From positions 20,537-84,536 of the forward strand of contig JAKEHU010000006.1 of assembly GCA_022614855.1 (NCBI GenBank): a stretch of 64,000 nt of DNA. Reading direction: 5' to 3'. The position numbers were made by a program, and so were the translations under genes. Of this stretch, positions 9,235 through 19,063 are shown piece by piece. The notes below the pieces were generated by a model, which worked only from the letters and a program-made list of their open reading frames with translations, was not told where the DNA came from and ran no database searches. This stretch comes from Chlamydiota bacterium. Its GTDB lineage: Bacteria > Chlamydiota > Chlamydiia > Chlamydiales > Rhabdochlamydiaceae. Each line of letters opens with the position of its first letter. Within the stretch, counting starts at the first letter, position 1.

Positions 9235-10724
9235 ACCTGCTTGAAAGCAGCAGGAAGATACTCGATGAGGTCGGAAGCAATCATTCCAAATGAGGTTTTA
9301 TCTTTTGCAACAAGTTCTCCAGATAGAGCATGGATAGTCGCTCCCACTGCGGCAGCTGTCCTTGCATCCATTTTTTCAGCTAAAAAGGCACCGATGATTC
9401 CTGTCAAAACATCTCCCGTACCTGCAGTTGCCATACCGGGATCCCCTCGATGCATGATGAGCGGTTTTGTCCCAGGGTGAAAAATAAACGTTGGCGCCCC
9501 CTTTAGAAGAAGGGTGACCCTTTTTTTTTCAGCAAAATTTTGACAGGCGGAAAGAGAAATTTCTTCTTGCAGTAATCGCCTCATCTCTTGCGCATGAGGA
9601 GTTAAAATCACTACTTTTGGCAACTTCCAATCAGGATTTTCCGCGAGAAAAAAAAGAGCATCTGCATCTAAAACCATAGGAAGATCTATCTTTTCCAAAA
9701 GAGATTTCAGGCCATTTCTCATCTCTTCGCTGCGTCCAATTCCCGGTCCGATTATCATTGACCTTGCCCGCTTTGCTTCTATGAGAATTCTCTCATCATT
9801 TTTTAAATCCCATACTTCTTTCAAAAGCTCAAGTGGACTAGTTCCAATTTCACTTTCCATGGATTTTGGATAAAAAAGCCGTAGAATGCCACCACCAGAG
9901 CGCATTGCTGCAAGCGCAGTCATAAAAGCTGCCCCAGACATTCCTCTTGAACCAGCAATCTCTAAAATATATCCCGTCTCATATTTATGTCTTGTCCGTT
10001 TGATTTTGGGCAGGAGAAGATGGAGATTGTGATAGGCAATGAGATGGGCTTCAATGGCTGCTTTTTCTACCCACTTGTTGTCTAATCCAAAGTCAGCTCC
10101 AACGAGTTTACCGACCCAATCATATCCTTTTTGAATGAAAAAGCCGATCTTCGGCAATCCCAAATAGACTGTCCATCTTGCAGAAATGGCAACCGGGCCA
10201 ACTTCACCTGTTGTTCCATTTAATCCTGAGGGGATATCAATGGCTAGAATCGGAAGAGAAGAGCCATTTGCCGCTTCAATTACGTCTCTTAAAAATCCTT
10301 CTGCTTTTCCTTCAAATCCCGTACCAACTAAACCATCGATGATGATTCCTTTTTTTGGAAAAGAGATCTCCTTCGCTTTCTTAATGCGACAAATTTTCCC
10401 GCCAGATTTGGTAAATTTTTTTCCTTGCTTTTGACAAAGAGGGCTACACTCTTTTAAATCATAAAGATGAAAGCAGTGGAGCTTAAAACCAAATTGCAGA
10501 AGTTTTCTCCCTGCAACAAAACCATCTCCTCCCTTATTTCCCTTACCAATGAGAAGAACGATTTCCTTCCCTCTTTTTTCTTTAGTGGCAAATTTTTTTG
10601 CAAAATCTGCAATACAAGATCCTGCTTTTTCCATAAAAGCAGCTTCATCAGCGCCATCTTCTACAGCGAGTTTCTCAATGCGCGCCATCTCCTTTGACGT
10701 AACAACAGGAAGACCTTCCAACAT
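9204..10724 (-). CDS. nnr: Bifunctional NAD(P)H-hydrate repair enzyme (epimerase + ADP-dependent dehydratase, YjeF-type)
   Basis: A YjeF_N part (LIGKGNKGGDGFV) is joined to a carbohydrate-kinase part (GDPGMATAGTGDVLTG). Confidence 0.85.
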   Translation of the reverse strand: MLEGLPVVTSKEMARIEKLAVEDGADEAAFMEKAGSCIADFAKKFATKEKRGKEIVLLIGKGNKGGDGFVAGRKLLQFGFKLHCFHLYDLKECSPLCQKQGKKFTKSGGKICRIKKAKEISFPKKGIIIDGLVGTGFEGKAEGFLRDVIEAANGSSLPILAIDIPSGLNGTTGEVGPVAISARWTVYLGLPKIGFFIQKGYDWVGKLVGADFGLDNKWVEKAAIEAHLIAYHNLHLLLPKIKRTRHKYETGYILEIAGSRGMSGAAFMTALAAMRSGGGILRLFYPKSMESEIGTSPLELLKEVWDLKNDERILIEAKRARSMIIGPGIGRSEEMRNGLKSLLEKIDLPMVLDADALFFLAENPDWKLPKVVILTPHAQEMRRLLQEEISLSACQNFAEKKRVTLLLKGAPTFIFHPGTKPLIMHRGDPGMATAGTGDVLTGIIGAFLAEKMDARTAAAVGATIHALSGELVAKDKTSFGMIASDLIEYLPAAFKQVYRFAGKEIP

Positions 10725-10728
10725 AAAA

Positions 10729-11724
10729 TTAGAGATGCTCTTCTTTTATTGCGCGTTGCAATAAGGTTTTTACTGCATCGCGCGGATTTAACCCTTCATA
10801 TAAAATTGAATATACAGCTTCTGTGATGGGAATGGGAATATGATGTTTTTTCCCCAACTGAAAAGCAGAAACACAGGTATAAATCCCCTCCACGACCATG
10901 CCAATCTTTTCCTGTGCCTTTTTTGCATCCACTCCCTCTCCGATTAACTTTCCAAACTTATTGTTGCGAGAGTGTTTTGACATACATGTCACACACAAAT
11001 CGCCAAGACCTGAAAGGCCGTTCAGAGTCTCAGGATTGCACTCTTTTGCCGCAGATAATTTGCGCATTTCATGAAGACCTCTCGTCATTAACGCAGCAAC
11101 GGTATTGTCCCCAAATCCCAACCCAAGTGCAATTCCACAGGCAATTGCCACAATGTTTTTCATCGCACCGCCAAAAGCAACTCCATTGATATCTGAATTG
11201 GGATAGATTCGAAAATAGGGTGTGGAAAAGATTTCTAAAATTTTTTTCATCAACTCTTTGTCATAGGCAGAGCAGACGATTGCAGTGGGTAGCTTTCTGA
11301 TGACCTCTTCAGCATGGCTTGGGCCACTTAGGCAACCAATTTGCGAACGATGATTTTTTCCCAGAACTTGCGCAACCACTTCTGGAAGCAAAAGACCTGT
11401 ATCTTGTTCAATTCCTTTAGAAGTAATGATAACAGGACAAGAAACTTTTCCAAGAGAGACCACCTCTTCAAAGACAGGTCTGACCCCTGAAGAAGTAACA
11501 GATTCAACAATAAGTTCTGCATTTTTTAGTGTTTGAGATAGGTCACTTGTTATGCGAATCTTTTCATTTTTAAAACCCGGAAGTTTTGGATGTTCTCTTT
11601 TTTTTAATAAAGTTTTAACCAATTCTGGGTCTTTAGCCCACAGGGTTACATCATGTCCATTTTCGCTTAGGAGCAATGATAGACAAAAGCCCCAAGTTCC
11701 AGCACCTAAATAGGCAATCTTCAT
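10729..11724 (-). CDS. gpsA: NAD(P)H-dependent glycerol-3-phosphate dehydrogenase
   Basis: The motifs are MKIAYLGAGTWG, GPSHAEEV and GGAMKNIVAIACG. Confidence 0.9.
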   Translation of the reverse strand: MKIAYLGAGTWGFCLSLLLSENGHDVTLWAKDPELVKTLLKKREHPKLPGFKNEKIRITSDLSQTLKNAELIVESVTSSGVRPVFEEVVSLGKVSCPVIITSKGIEQDTGLLLPEVVAQVLGKNHRSQIGCLSGPSHAEEVIRKLPTAIVCSAYDKELMKKILEIFSTPYFRIYPNSDINGVAFGGAMKNIVAIACGIALGLGFGDNTVAALMTRGLHEMRKLSAAKECNPETLNGLSGLGDLCVTCMSKHSRNNKFGKLIGEGVDAKKAQEKIGMVVEGIYTCVSAFQLGKKHHIPIPITEAVYSILYEGLNPRDAVKTLLQRAIKEEHL

Positions 11725-13040
11725 GATTTGATGAATTTTTTATTGGGAAGAGCTTTTCCCTTCCACTTTTTTATCAACTCCTTGTCAGGATAATAAAATC
11801 GCTGATCAAGTTCAAAAGAAGAATTTTTTACCTGAATCCCAGTGATTCGATGATACTGCCTTTGATCTGCAGCAAGAAGATCTTTTTGTACTGTCTTCAA
11901 ACTGTCCTTCCCTTTTGCATTTTTCAAGGGACTAAAAATCTCTTTTTTCGGATAACAAATCACCTCGGTTTTTTTTGAAAGAAAAAGAAGATCAAAAACA
12001 TACTGTTCTGCTTTCCACACCTTTCTAGATAGAAGTTCAACCGTTTTTTGAGAAAAATGCCAAGGCAAATCAATAGTTTTTTCCGCAATTTTTCCAATAA
12101 AATCCATAGTAAAACAGAAAAGACCCGTATTGCCCAAAGAAAAGAGATACCCTCCTTCTTTTCGCTTTGCAGCTTTAATCTCCTCTCCAATCTCAGAATA
12201 TTCCACTACACAAACTCGATCTTTTTGTTTAGCAATAATGCCAATTTTTTCCTCTTCATCTTCTCGAAGAATCGCCTTTAAGGTCACATCTGCTTTTTGC
12301 CTTGCTTGGAACCCAAGTAAATTTGCGTCAAAGGGGTCTGCAAGAGGATTATCAATGGAAACAAGATGGACAAACTCAATTCCACGATCCCTCCAGTTTT
12401 CCCAAATCCCAGAATGAAAAAAATGAAAGAGCACCTTTCCATTGCCATCTGGACCTTCTCCAATTTCTTTTGAAGGATGAAAGACAAAATTTCCCTTTTC
12501 ATCAAAAAAAGGCAAAAGTGGCTGGCGAAATAAAATGAGATCTTGTTGAGATAAACCAAAATATTTTTTCCCCACTAAATATTTTTGAATGGTCGAAATA
12601 TTCAGCGGAGAAGTCATAATGGCTAAAGGAAGATTTTTTCTAGTTTTTTTCGATGCGGCTTTTGTTTTTTCACAAAAAAGTTGCAAAAGTGTCTTTTGTT
12701 TTACTAAAGAGACAGGAGTTAATGCTTTTGGCAAATTCCCTCCCAATCTTGACCCTTGACCTCCAGCTAAAATGATGCACCCAACTTTTCCTTGCCTGAT
12801 CAGCTCTTCTCCCAAATACAAATCTTCCAAATTTCCTGAAACAGCGTAAGATTCTATTGGTGCAACCGAAGGAATATCCCTTTTTGAAAAAAGAAGACCT
12901 TTCAACTGTTTCATTAAAGCAGGATCATATTGCTTTACCTGATCTAAAATCTTTTTTTGTTTAGCAAGCGAAAGAGCCTTGCATTTCTGACCGAATTCTT
13001 TTTGATCCAGCTCTTCTAAAGTATGAAATAATTCTTTCAT
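11721..13040 (-). CDS. UDP-sugar (UDP-GlcNAc) pyrophosphorylase, eukaryote-type UDPGP/UAP1 family
   Basis: The motifs are ILAGGQGSRLGGNLPKAL and LPLAIMTSPLN. A 4-nt overlap links it to gpsA downstream. Confidence 0.75.
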   Translation of the reverse strand: MKELFHTLEELDQKEFGQKCKALSLAKQKKILDQVKQYDPALMKQLKGLLFSKRDIPSVAPIESYAVSGNLEDLYLGEELIRQGKVGCIILAGGQGSRLGGNLPKALTPVSLVKQKTLLQLFCEKTKAASKKTRKNLPLAIMTSPLNISTIQKYLVGKKYFGLSQQDLILFRQPLLPFFDEKGNFVFHPSKEIGEGPDGNGKVLFHFFHSGIWENWRDRGIEFVHLVSIDNPLADPFDANLLGFQARQKADVTLKAILREDEEEKIGIIAKQKDRVCVVEYSEIGEEIKAAKRKEGGYLFSLGNTGLFCFTMDFIGKIAEKTIDLPWHFSQKTVELLSRKVWKAEQYVFDLLFLSKKTEVICYPKKEIFSPLKNAKGKDSLKTVQKDLLAADQRQYHRITGIQVKNSSFELDQRFYYPDKELIKKWKGKALPNKKFIKS

Positions 13041-14128
13041 TGTGAAAATAATACCTGTTCAACTTGGGCTGGCTGAATATTTGCAATATTTTTTTTATCT
13101 CCAAAAATGGGAATGTGGTTCAAAAGAGGATTTGGCGATGGCACATTTTGTTTCAAAATTCCCATATATGGATCTGCCCAAAGAGAGACCAATTGTAGCT
13201 GAAAAGGGACATTGAGAAAATAGGTCATCGAACTGATTCCCGAATCAAGGACAACTAAAGAACGGCAACAATTTTTTATAATGGAAAGCAGTTCAAATAA
13301 AGTTGTTTTCCCCCGTAAATCCACTAGGCAAGAATGAGAAAAAACCGGCTCCGGATGAAAACCAAATAACAAAATTTTTACTCCCGCCCTTTTTTCCAAT
13401 CTAGAAAAGAGCTCCTGCCAATGAGATATTGGCCAATTTCTCCAAGTTGCGTAATCTGTCTCCGTTTGCACATGAGCCCCGATATAAATATTCGACTTCT
13501 TTCGAAACCCCATTTTCTCGCCAAAAATTTGCTTTTTAGCATCTCCAAAATCAGCTTTTTCACCCATGTGCTCTACACATTGTTGCTCAAAAGCCGCTTT
13601 TAGATTTGCTGAAAAATCATTATTTTTTCCGAATAAAGCGGGTTCCGCAAGAAGTCTACTCCTTTCTTCTAAAGGAAATTTTTTCCAAAGGTGATCCCAC
13701 TCTTTTTGCCAGGTCAATTTTGGTGTAATCTTTCCCAATTGCCACTTGAGCCATCTTGTCGGATCAGGTTTTTCCAAAATGAGATCAAAAGATGTACGGC
13801 ATAAACCAAGTGTATGTAACGTGTGATCTAGATCAAAAGGAGTAGAGCGGTCCATTTCTGGAGCAATGATCATTTCTACTCCTCCAAGCAAAATGAATCC
13901 TTCCTTTAAATTTTCCCTCGTTAGAAAAGTAATTTTGGCGTCAGGAAGATATTTTCTAATTTGAAAACAAAGGGCATAAAGACCCAAGGCAATATCGCCA
14001 AGACCTCGATTCCACACAATCAAAAGAGATTTTTTTTCTTCTCTTTTTGCCCTTTCAAGAATCTGATCTAGGGGATTTGGGTTAAGCTTTTCCTTTATCC
14101 ATCTCAACATATTTTTTTTAAAGGCCAA
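13037..14128 (-). CDS. Glycosyltransferase family 9-like protein (divergent, with an internal insertion)
   Basis: LLIVWNRGLGDIALGLYAL resembles the GT9 N-terminal motif and VVLDSGISSM resembles the C-terminal motif. The TTG at 14128 lies in a repeat hairpin, so the ATG at 14110 is a more likely start. Confidence 0.55.
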   Translation of the reverse strand: MAFKKNMLRWIKEKLNPNPLDQILERAKREEKKSLLIVWNRGLGDIALGLYALCFQIRKYLPDAKITFLTRENLKEGFILLGGVEMIIAPEMDRSTPFDLDHTLHTLGLCRTSFDLILEKPDPTRWLKWQLGKITPKLTWQKEWDHLWKKFPLEERSRLLAEPALFGKNNDFSANLKAAFEQQCVEHMGEKADFGDAKKQIFGEKMGFRKKSNIYIGAHVQTETDYATWRNWPISHWQELFSRLEKRAGVKILLFGFHPEPVFSHSCLVDLRGKTTLFELLSIIKNCCRSLVVLDSGISSMTYFLNVPFQLQLVSLWADPYMGILKQNVPSPNPLLNHIPIFGDKKNIANIQPAQVEQVLFSQ

Positions 14129-14185
14129 AAGCTAAATTACAGAATTTGCTTCTTTCTCCTTTTTAGCCTTTAGCTTTTAGCCTTT
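14120..14185. repeat. REP-like hairpin, AAAGGCTAAAAGCTAAAG family, copy a
   Basis: AAAGGCCAAAAGCTAAA (14120-14136) pairs with TTTAGCTTTTAGCCTTT (14169-14185). It lies in the intergenic space between the two GT9 genes. Confidence 0.75.
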
Positions 14186-14188
14186 CCC

Positions 14189-15265
14189 TTATGCGCTTAT
14201 GTGCAAGGAACGGAGATCTGTTTTTTTCTTATGAAGTACTGCTATGATTTCCTGATAGACCTCTTCTGCTGTGATTTTTTTCATGCATCGAAAATCAATT
14301 GGACAGGTTCTTTGATAACAAGGCGAACACTCTACATGTTTGTGGATTACTTTTCCTGTACGATAAGGGCCTGTGACAAGTTCATTTGTAGAACCAAATA
14401 AGGCAATAATGGGCGTTCCAAGAGCATCCGCAATATGCATAGGGCCACTGTCATTTGTTAAAAGAACGCCGCATTGGCTGATGAGTGCAGCAAGTTCTCG
14501 CAGTGAAGTCAAGCCAGCTACATTGATGACACGAGAAGATAATCCCTGGCAAATTTCCTTGACAAGAGCTGTTGTTGGTTGATCTCCAAAATAAATGATA
14601 AAAATATTGGGATCAACAAGTAGCCTTTCTGTGACTTCGCGAAATCTCTCCGGAAGCCAACATTTTGCTGATCCATAAGTAGCTCCAGGATTGATTCCGA
14701 CAAGAAGACTACTGCTGGTAACCCCATGCTGTTTTAAAAGCGATTGCGCTTCCGATACTTCTCTTTTTGACAAAAATAACCTAGGAACCGCACCTGACAT
14801 GGAAATTCCAAGGGGTTCTAATAACCGTTTGTAGGTAACAACTAAATGTTGTCGATCAATTTCATCCGGAAGAAGAACAGGTTGGTTGAGCAAAAATCTT
14901 CTCCCATTACAATCATAGCCAAGGCGGTTTTTTACCTTCCCCTGCCAAAACCACCAGGCAGATGAAAAAGAATGGGTGAGCAAAATTCCCAAATCATATT
15001 TGCCATGGCGCAATTTTTCTATGATGTTTTTCTTATCGCTGCGGCGGGAAAAGCTGCTGCCTTTGCTAAAGCAAAAAAGTTCATCAATTTCGGGATCTTC
15101 TTTAAGCAAATCGCACACAGGCGTGCGACACATTGCGGTAATAGTTGCATCTGGATAGGCCTTTCTCAAATCGGTGAGTACCGGGGTTGCCATGACCATA
15201 TCCCCGATCCAATTTGGCATGCGGACAATGATATTTCTAAAAATCATTCCTTCTAGCGATGGCAT
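14189..15265 (-). CDS. ADP-heptose:LPS heptosyltransferase (GT9, WaaF/RfaF-like)
   Basis: The motifs are IIVRMPNWIGDMVMATPVL and NDSGPMHIADALGTPIIALFGST. Met7 at 15247 is an alternative start. Confidence 0.8.
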   Translation of the reverse strand: MPSLEGMIFRNIIVRMPNWIGDMVMATPVLTDLRKAYPDATITAMCRTPVCDLLKEDPEIDELFCFSKGSSFSRRSDKKNIIEKLRHGKYDLGILLTHSFSSAWWFWQGKVKNRLGYDCNGRRFLLNQPVLLPDEIDRQHLVVTYKRLLEPLGISMSGAVPRLFLSKREVSEAQSLLKQHGVTSSSLLVGINPGATYGSAKCWLPERFREVTERLLVDPNIFIIYFGDQPTTALVKEICQGLSSRVINVAGLTSLRELAALISQCGVLLTNDSGPMHIADALGTPIIALFGSTNELVTGPYRTGKVIHKHVECSPCYQRTCPIDFRCMKKITAEEVYQEIIAVLHKKKTDLRSLHISA

Positions 15266-15290
15266 GAACCTATCCCAAAACTAGATTTTA
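15266..15290. repeat. Solo terminal-repeat remnant of the 161-bp MITE family GAACCTATCC
   Basis: catGAACCTATCCcaaaactagatttta matches catGAACCTATCCgcaaattctaaaa at the ends of the elements at 20689 and 46899. It abuts the ATG at 15263-15265. Confidence 0.65.
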
Positions 15291-15302
15291 AAATACCAGT
15301 CC

Positions 15303-16451
15303 TTATTGATTTTGTACATCCGAGATCTTAATCTGATAGGGACCCATAACTGCAGAAGAGGAAATAGAGATACGAACGTTTTTTGGATTTTCAACTTTAA
15401 GTTGCAACACTTCTTCTAAAGTCATTCCCTTCGCAATTTCTTGCTTATTTGAGAAGATAAAAGAGAGAAAATATCGGTATACTCGAAAAATCACATCTAG
15501 AATCATTCCAGAATAAGATTTATTATTATTTGCAGGCAGTTGATTGAGATAATTAACAGCTTTTGTTTTAAATTGATTTAAATCTAAAATCAATGTCATA
15601 TTCTTATGATTATAAAAAGCTATTAAGAACTCTTCATCTGTCATCCAAGGATTTCCAGATAGATCAAGTTCTATCAAAGAAGGACATCGATCAAAAATCC
15701 CTTTAGTTACATTATCAATTTTATTGTTTGACAAATCTAATTTTTTAAGGCGGTAAGAATACACAGGGTCTTTTTTATTCGTAGCAAACTTAATTTCCGT
15801 CAATTTATTCCCTTTCAAATTTATCTCTTCCAGACATTCGGGAGAATTCTCTGGAAGATGGGTAAGCTCATTATTGGGCATTGAAAATATTTTCAGATTA
15901 TCCAAATAAATCATTTCAAATGGAAGTTCATTAAATTTACACTTTTGCATATCTGCATTATATTCAACTGTTTCTATTTTTTTATAATAGTCATAATCTT
16001 TAAACTCCTTTAAAAATCTGTCCAAATCTTCCTTTTTATCTACGCTTTTGTAAATATCTTTAAAGTTTTTCAACAGTAAGGCTTTTCCTTTGCAACAATA
16101 TTGCAAGAATACATAGGTCATATAATTTCTTTCTTTCCACCAAGAATTTGCCGGCATTAAAGAAATGGTTTCAGAGTCCTCTTTTTTAGGGTCTATGTAT
16201 GTTGAAATGAGCTCATCTACAGTCATTAATTCTAAATCTCTATCCGATAACTGTTTTGTTCTAAGTGTATCGGAGCCATATTTGCAAAGCGTTTGAAAAT
16301 ATAAACCGTGAATTGTTTGAACATCGGATTCCAAAGCCATTTTTTTATTAATTTTGGCAAGGTTTTCACAAAGTATTGAATTTGACTTGTGTTCATCAAT
16401 TGCGTTTAGTAATTCACCAAAATTGAATTCTGTTATTCCCGGGGCCATCAT
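15303..16451 (-). CDS. Leucine-rich-repeat protein (eukaryote-like LRR; candidate effector)
   Basis: LRR units are visible (LDNLKIFSMPNNELTHLP, INLKGNKLTEI, LDLSNNKIDNV, LDLSGNPW). The N-terminal ~170 aa have no recognisable motif. The gene looks more AT-rich than its neighbours by eye. Confidence 0.75.
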   Translation of the reverse strand: MMAPGITEFNFGELLNAIDEHKSNSILCENLAKINKKMALESDVQTIHGLYFQTLCKYGSDTLRTKQLSDRDLELMTVDELISTYIDPKKEDSETISLMPANSWWKERNYMTYVFLQYCCKGKALLLKNFKDIYKSVDKKEDLDRFLKEFKDYDYYKKIETVEYNADMQKCKFNELPFEMIYLDNLKIFSMPNNELTHLPENSPECLEEINLKGNKLTEIKFATNKKDPVYSYRLKKLDLSNNKIDNVTKGIFDRCPSLIELDLSGNPWMTDEEFLIAFYNHKNMTLILDLNQFKTKAVNYLNQLPANNNKSYSGMILDVIFRVYRYFLSFIFSNKQEIAKGMTLEEVLQLKVENPKNVRISISSSAVMGPYQIKISDVQNQ

Positions 16452-16532
16452 AATCTCACCTCATTAAAGAAAAATTTTTATTTTGATTTTATTGTAGTTT
16501 ATAAAAAAATTAAGTTAGGGTTAGATTCTATC

Positions 16533-17033
16533 ATGAAATCGACTAAAGAGCAAATCATTCTTGGAATTGATCCAGGCACAATGGTGACTGGGTATGGGGT
16601 GATCAAAATCTTGGATCATCTCTTTGAGCCTCTAGATTTTGGAGCGATTTATCCGCCGCAAAAAGCAAATGCATCTGAGAAATATCTCATCATCTTTAAC
16701 TCCCTTGAACAGCTGATACAAAAATTTCACCCTGATGCAATTGCAGTGGAAAGCCAATTCATCCATAAAAATCCTTATGCCGCTATGAAGCTGGGAATCG
16801 CCAAAGGGGTCGTTCTTCTTGCTGGAGCAAAAAATGGGGTCTCTATTTTTGAATATGCACCAAAAAAAGCTAAACTTGCTGTTGCAGGCAATGGATCTGC
16901 AAAAAAAGAACAGGTTCAAAAGATGATTCAACTTTTATTGAAATTGCCCTCACTTCCTGTACCTTTTGATGCGGCGGATGCTTTAGCACTTGCCTTATGC
17001 CACGCCAACAATTTAAAAAAATTGTATGTTTGA
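16533..17033 (+). CDS. ruvC: Holliday junction resolvase RuvC
   Basis: ILGIDPGTMVTGYGVI...ESQF...DAADALALALCH. Confidence 0.9.
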   Translation: MKSTKEQIILGIDPGTMVTGYGVIKILDHLFEPLDFGAIYPPQKANASEKYLIIFNSLEQLIQKFHPDAIAVESQFIHKNPYAAMKLGIAKGVVLLAGAKNGVSIFEYAPKKAKLAVAGNGSAKKEQVQKMIQLLLKLPSLPVPFDAADALALALCHANNLKKLYV

Positions 17034-17628
17034 ATACATTAGAGGCATCCTAACTGAGGTAAAATCAAATAGAGCAGTTGTCGAAGCGCATGGAGTGGGA
17101 TATGCGGTCCATGTTTCATCCAGATCTCTTTCTAATTTTCCTCCAGTTGGAAAAGAGATCATTTTGTATGTTCGATTAATCGTAAGAGAAGATTCTCATA
17201 CCTTATTTGGATTTACCTCCTATCTTGAATGTCAGCTTTTTGATTTGATGAATGAAGTTTCTGGAATTGGTCCAAAAACTGCACTCACCATTTTGGGAAA
17301 TATGGACCCAAATGAATTTAAGGGGGCAATTGTCCATGGACAAGCCCAGGAGCTTTCTAAAATCCCCGGGATTGGAAAAAAACTTGCCGAAAGGCTTGTT
17401 GTAGAATTGAAGGATAAATTTAAAAAAATTTTTCCACAATCTTTGCCTATTTCTTCTGTAAAGGTAGAAAAAGAAATTGTCTCTGATGCAATAAATGCTC
17501 TCATTAATCTTGGTTTTCAATCCAAAGATGCAGAAGCAGCTGTAAAAAAAGTTTTGCAAAAAGCAGAAGAACCCCTTGACCTACCACAGCTCATTCGTCT
17601 CTCTTTAAAGGGAAAGACTAAAGGCTAA
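17026..17628 (+). CDS. ruvA: Holliday junction branch-migration protein RuvA
   Basis: MFEYIRGIL...GVGYAVHVS...VSGIGPKTAL...IPGIGKKLAERL. It overlaps ruvC by 8 nt. Confidence 0.9.
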   Translation: MFEYIRGILTEVKSNRAVVEAHGVGYAVHVSSRSLSNFPPVGKEIILYVRLIVREDSHTLFGFTSYLECQLFDLMNEVSGIGPKTALTILGNMDPNEFKGAIVHGQAQELSKIPGIGKKLAERLVVELKDKFKKIFPQSLPISSVKVEKEIVSDAINALINLGFQSKDAEAAVKKVLQKAEEPLDLPQLIRLSLKGKTKG

Positions 17629-17654
17629 AAGAAGAGCTTCGATTTAGCCTTTAG
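17618..17654. repeat. REP-like hairpin, AAAGGCTAAAAG family, copy b
   Basis: CTAAAGGCTAAA (17618-17629) pairs with TTTAGCCTTTAG (17643-17654). The ruvA stop codon (17626-17628) lies inside the left arm. Confidence 0.7.
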
Positions 17655-17686
17655 ACGTTAGAAGAAATTCTGCTACAATACCCTCT

Positions 17687-19063
17687 ATGTCAAATCCACT
17701 GGGTTTTCTCGATTTAAATGATACTATCGTGGCGATTGCCACAGCTGCTGGAGAAGGGGCAATTAGCATTGTCAGGCTTTCAGGAAAGCAGTCGCAAGCT
17801 ATTGCAGAGTGCATTTTTTCCAGATCTCTAACGAACATTCCCTCGTACAAACTCTGTTTAGGAGAAATCCTCGATGAAACAAGAAAGCGAGTGGATGAAG
17901 TTCTTGTGACCATTATGCGAGCGCCAAAGTCGTACACAGGAGAAGATGTTGTAGAAATTCATGGACATGGAGGGAAACTCGTCACAAACCAAATCCTCAA
18001 TCTCTGCATAAAAAAGGGAGCAAGGCTGGCCTTTCCTGGAGAATTTACCTACCGCGCTTTCATAAATGGAAAAATCGATCTCACTCAAGCTGAAGCAGTG
18101 CAACAAACCATTTCTGCAAAAAATGAACTCTCTTTGCATGCAGCCGGAGAGCAGCTTAAAGGCGCTCTTTCTCAAAAAATTGCCACATTTCAAAAGGAGT
18201 TGATTGAATTAACTGCCATTATCGAAGCTTGGGTTGATTTTCCTGAAGAGGATCTTGCATTTACCACTTTTGAAGAGTGGCTCTCACACCTTTCTTCGAT
18301 CATTGATTCGATGAAAGTTTTAGAAAATACATTTCACCATGGAAAAATCATCTTCGATGGAATTACTCTATCTCTTGTCGGTGCTCCCAATGCGGGAAAA
18401 TCTTCTCTCATGAATGCTCTTCTCCGAAAAGAGCGAGCTATCGTGACCCCTATTCCTGGAACAACACGGGATATTTTGGAAAGCGATTTAAGAATCGGAG
18501 ATCTCCATTTTAAACTTCTCGATACAGCAGGAATCCGGGAAACGGAAGAGACAATTGAGCTTGAAGGAATTCGAAAAAGTAGAGAAGCAATGAAAATGGC
18601 AGATTTGATTTTGCTTGTCATTGATGCCACGCAGCAGCTGGGTGAACAAGAGATAAAAATCTTTAAACTTTGCCCTTCTCATAAAACCATTTTGATTTGG
18701 AATAAAACTGACCTTCCCCATTTCATCCCCACAATTTCAAATTTTCCCCACTCTGTTAAGATCTCTGCAAAACATCAAACAGGATTGGATGAGTTGGAAA
18801 CTCTCGTGCATACAATCATCTGGAATGGCTCTTTTCCTGCAAAAGATGAACTCATTCTCACAAACTTTCGCCATAAAGAAGCTTTGACAAGAGCGATTGA
18901 ATCTGCAGAAGTTGCTTACAATGGATTAAAAAATGGAATTTCTCCTGAACTGATTGCCATTGATTTGAAACAAGCTCTCGAGTGGCTTGGAACAATTGTA
19001 GGAATGAATATCAATGAAGAGATCTTAAGTGCGATTTTTTCCAAATTCTGCGTGGGAAAATGA
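17687..19063 (+). CDS. mnmE: tRNA modification GTPase MnmE (TrmE)
   Basis: DTIVAIATAAGEGAISIVRLSG, GAPNAGKSSLMNAL, DTAGIRET and a C-terminal FCVGK. Confidence 0.92.
   Translation: MSNPLGFLDLNDTIVAIATAAGEGAISIVRLSGKQSQAIAECIFSRSLTNIPSYKLCLGEILDETRKRVDEVLVTIMRAPKSYTGEDVVEIHGHGGKLVTNQILNLCIKKGARLAFPGEFTYRAFINGKIDLTQAEAVQQTISAKNELSLHAAGEQLKGALSQKIATFQKELIELTAIIEAWVDFPEEDLAFTTFEEWLSHLSSIIDSMKVLENTFHHGKIIFDGITLSLVGAPNAGKSSLMNALLRKERAIVTPIPGTTRDILESDLRIGDLHFKLLDTAGIRETEETIELEGIRKSREAMKMADLILLVIDATQQLGEQEIKIFKLCPSHKTILIWNKTDLPHFIPTISNFPHSVKISAKHQTGLDELETLVHTIIWNGSFPAKDELILTNFRHKEALTRAIESAEVAYNGLKNGISPELIAIDLKQALEWLGTIVGMNINEEILSAIFSKFCVGK

Noticed and set aside
13420-13640. I considered a possible in-frame repeat insertion in the GT9-like gene (the GEKADFGDAKKQIFGEKMGF region).
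   Set aside because: I found only short internal direct repeats. No terminal inverted repeats or similarity to the MITE families are visible, so it is probably lineage-specific loop expansion.
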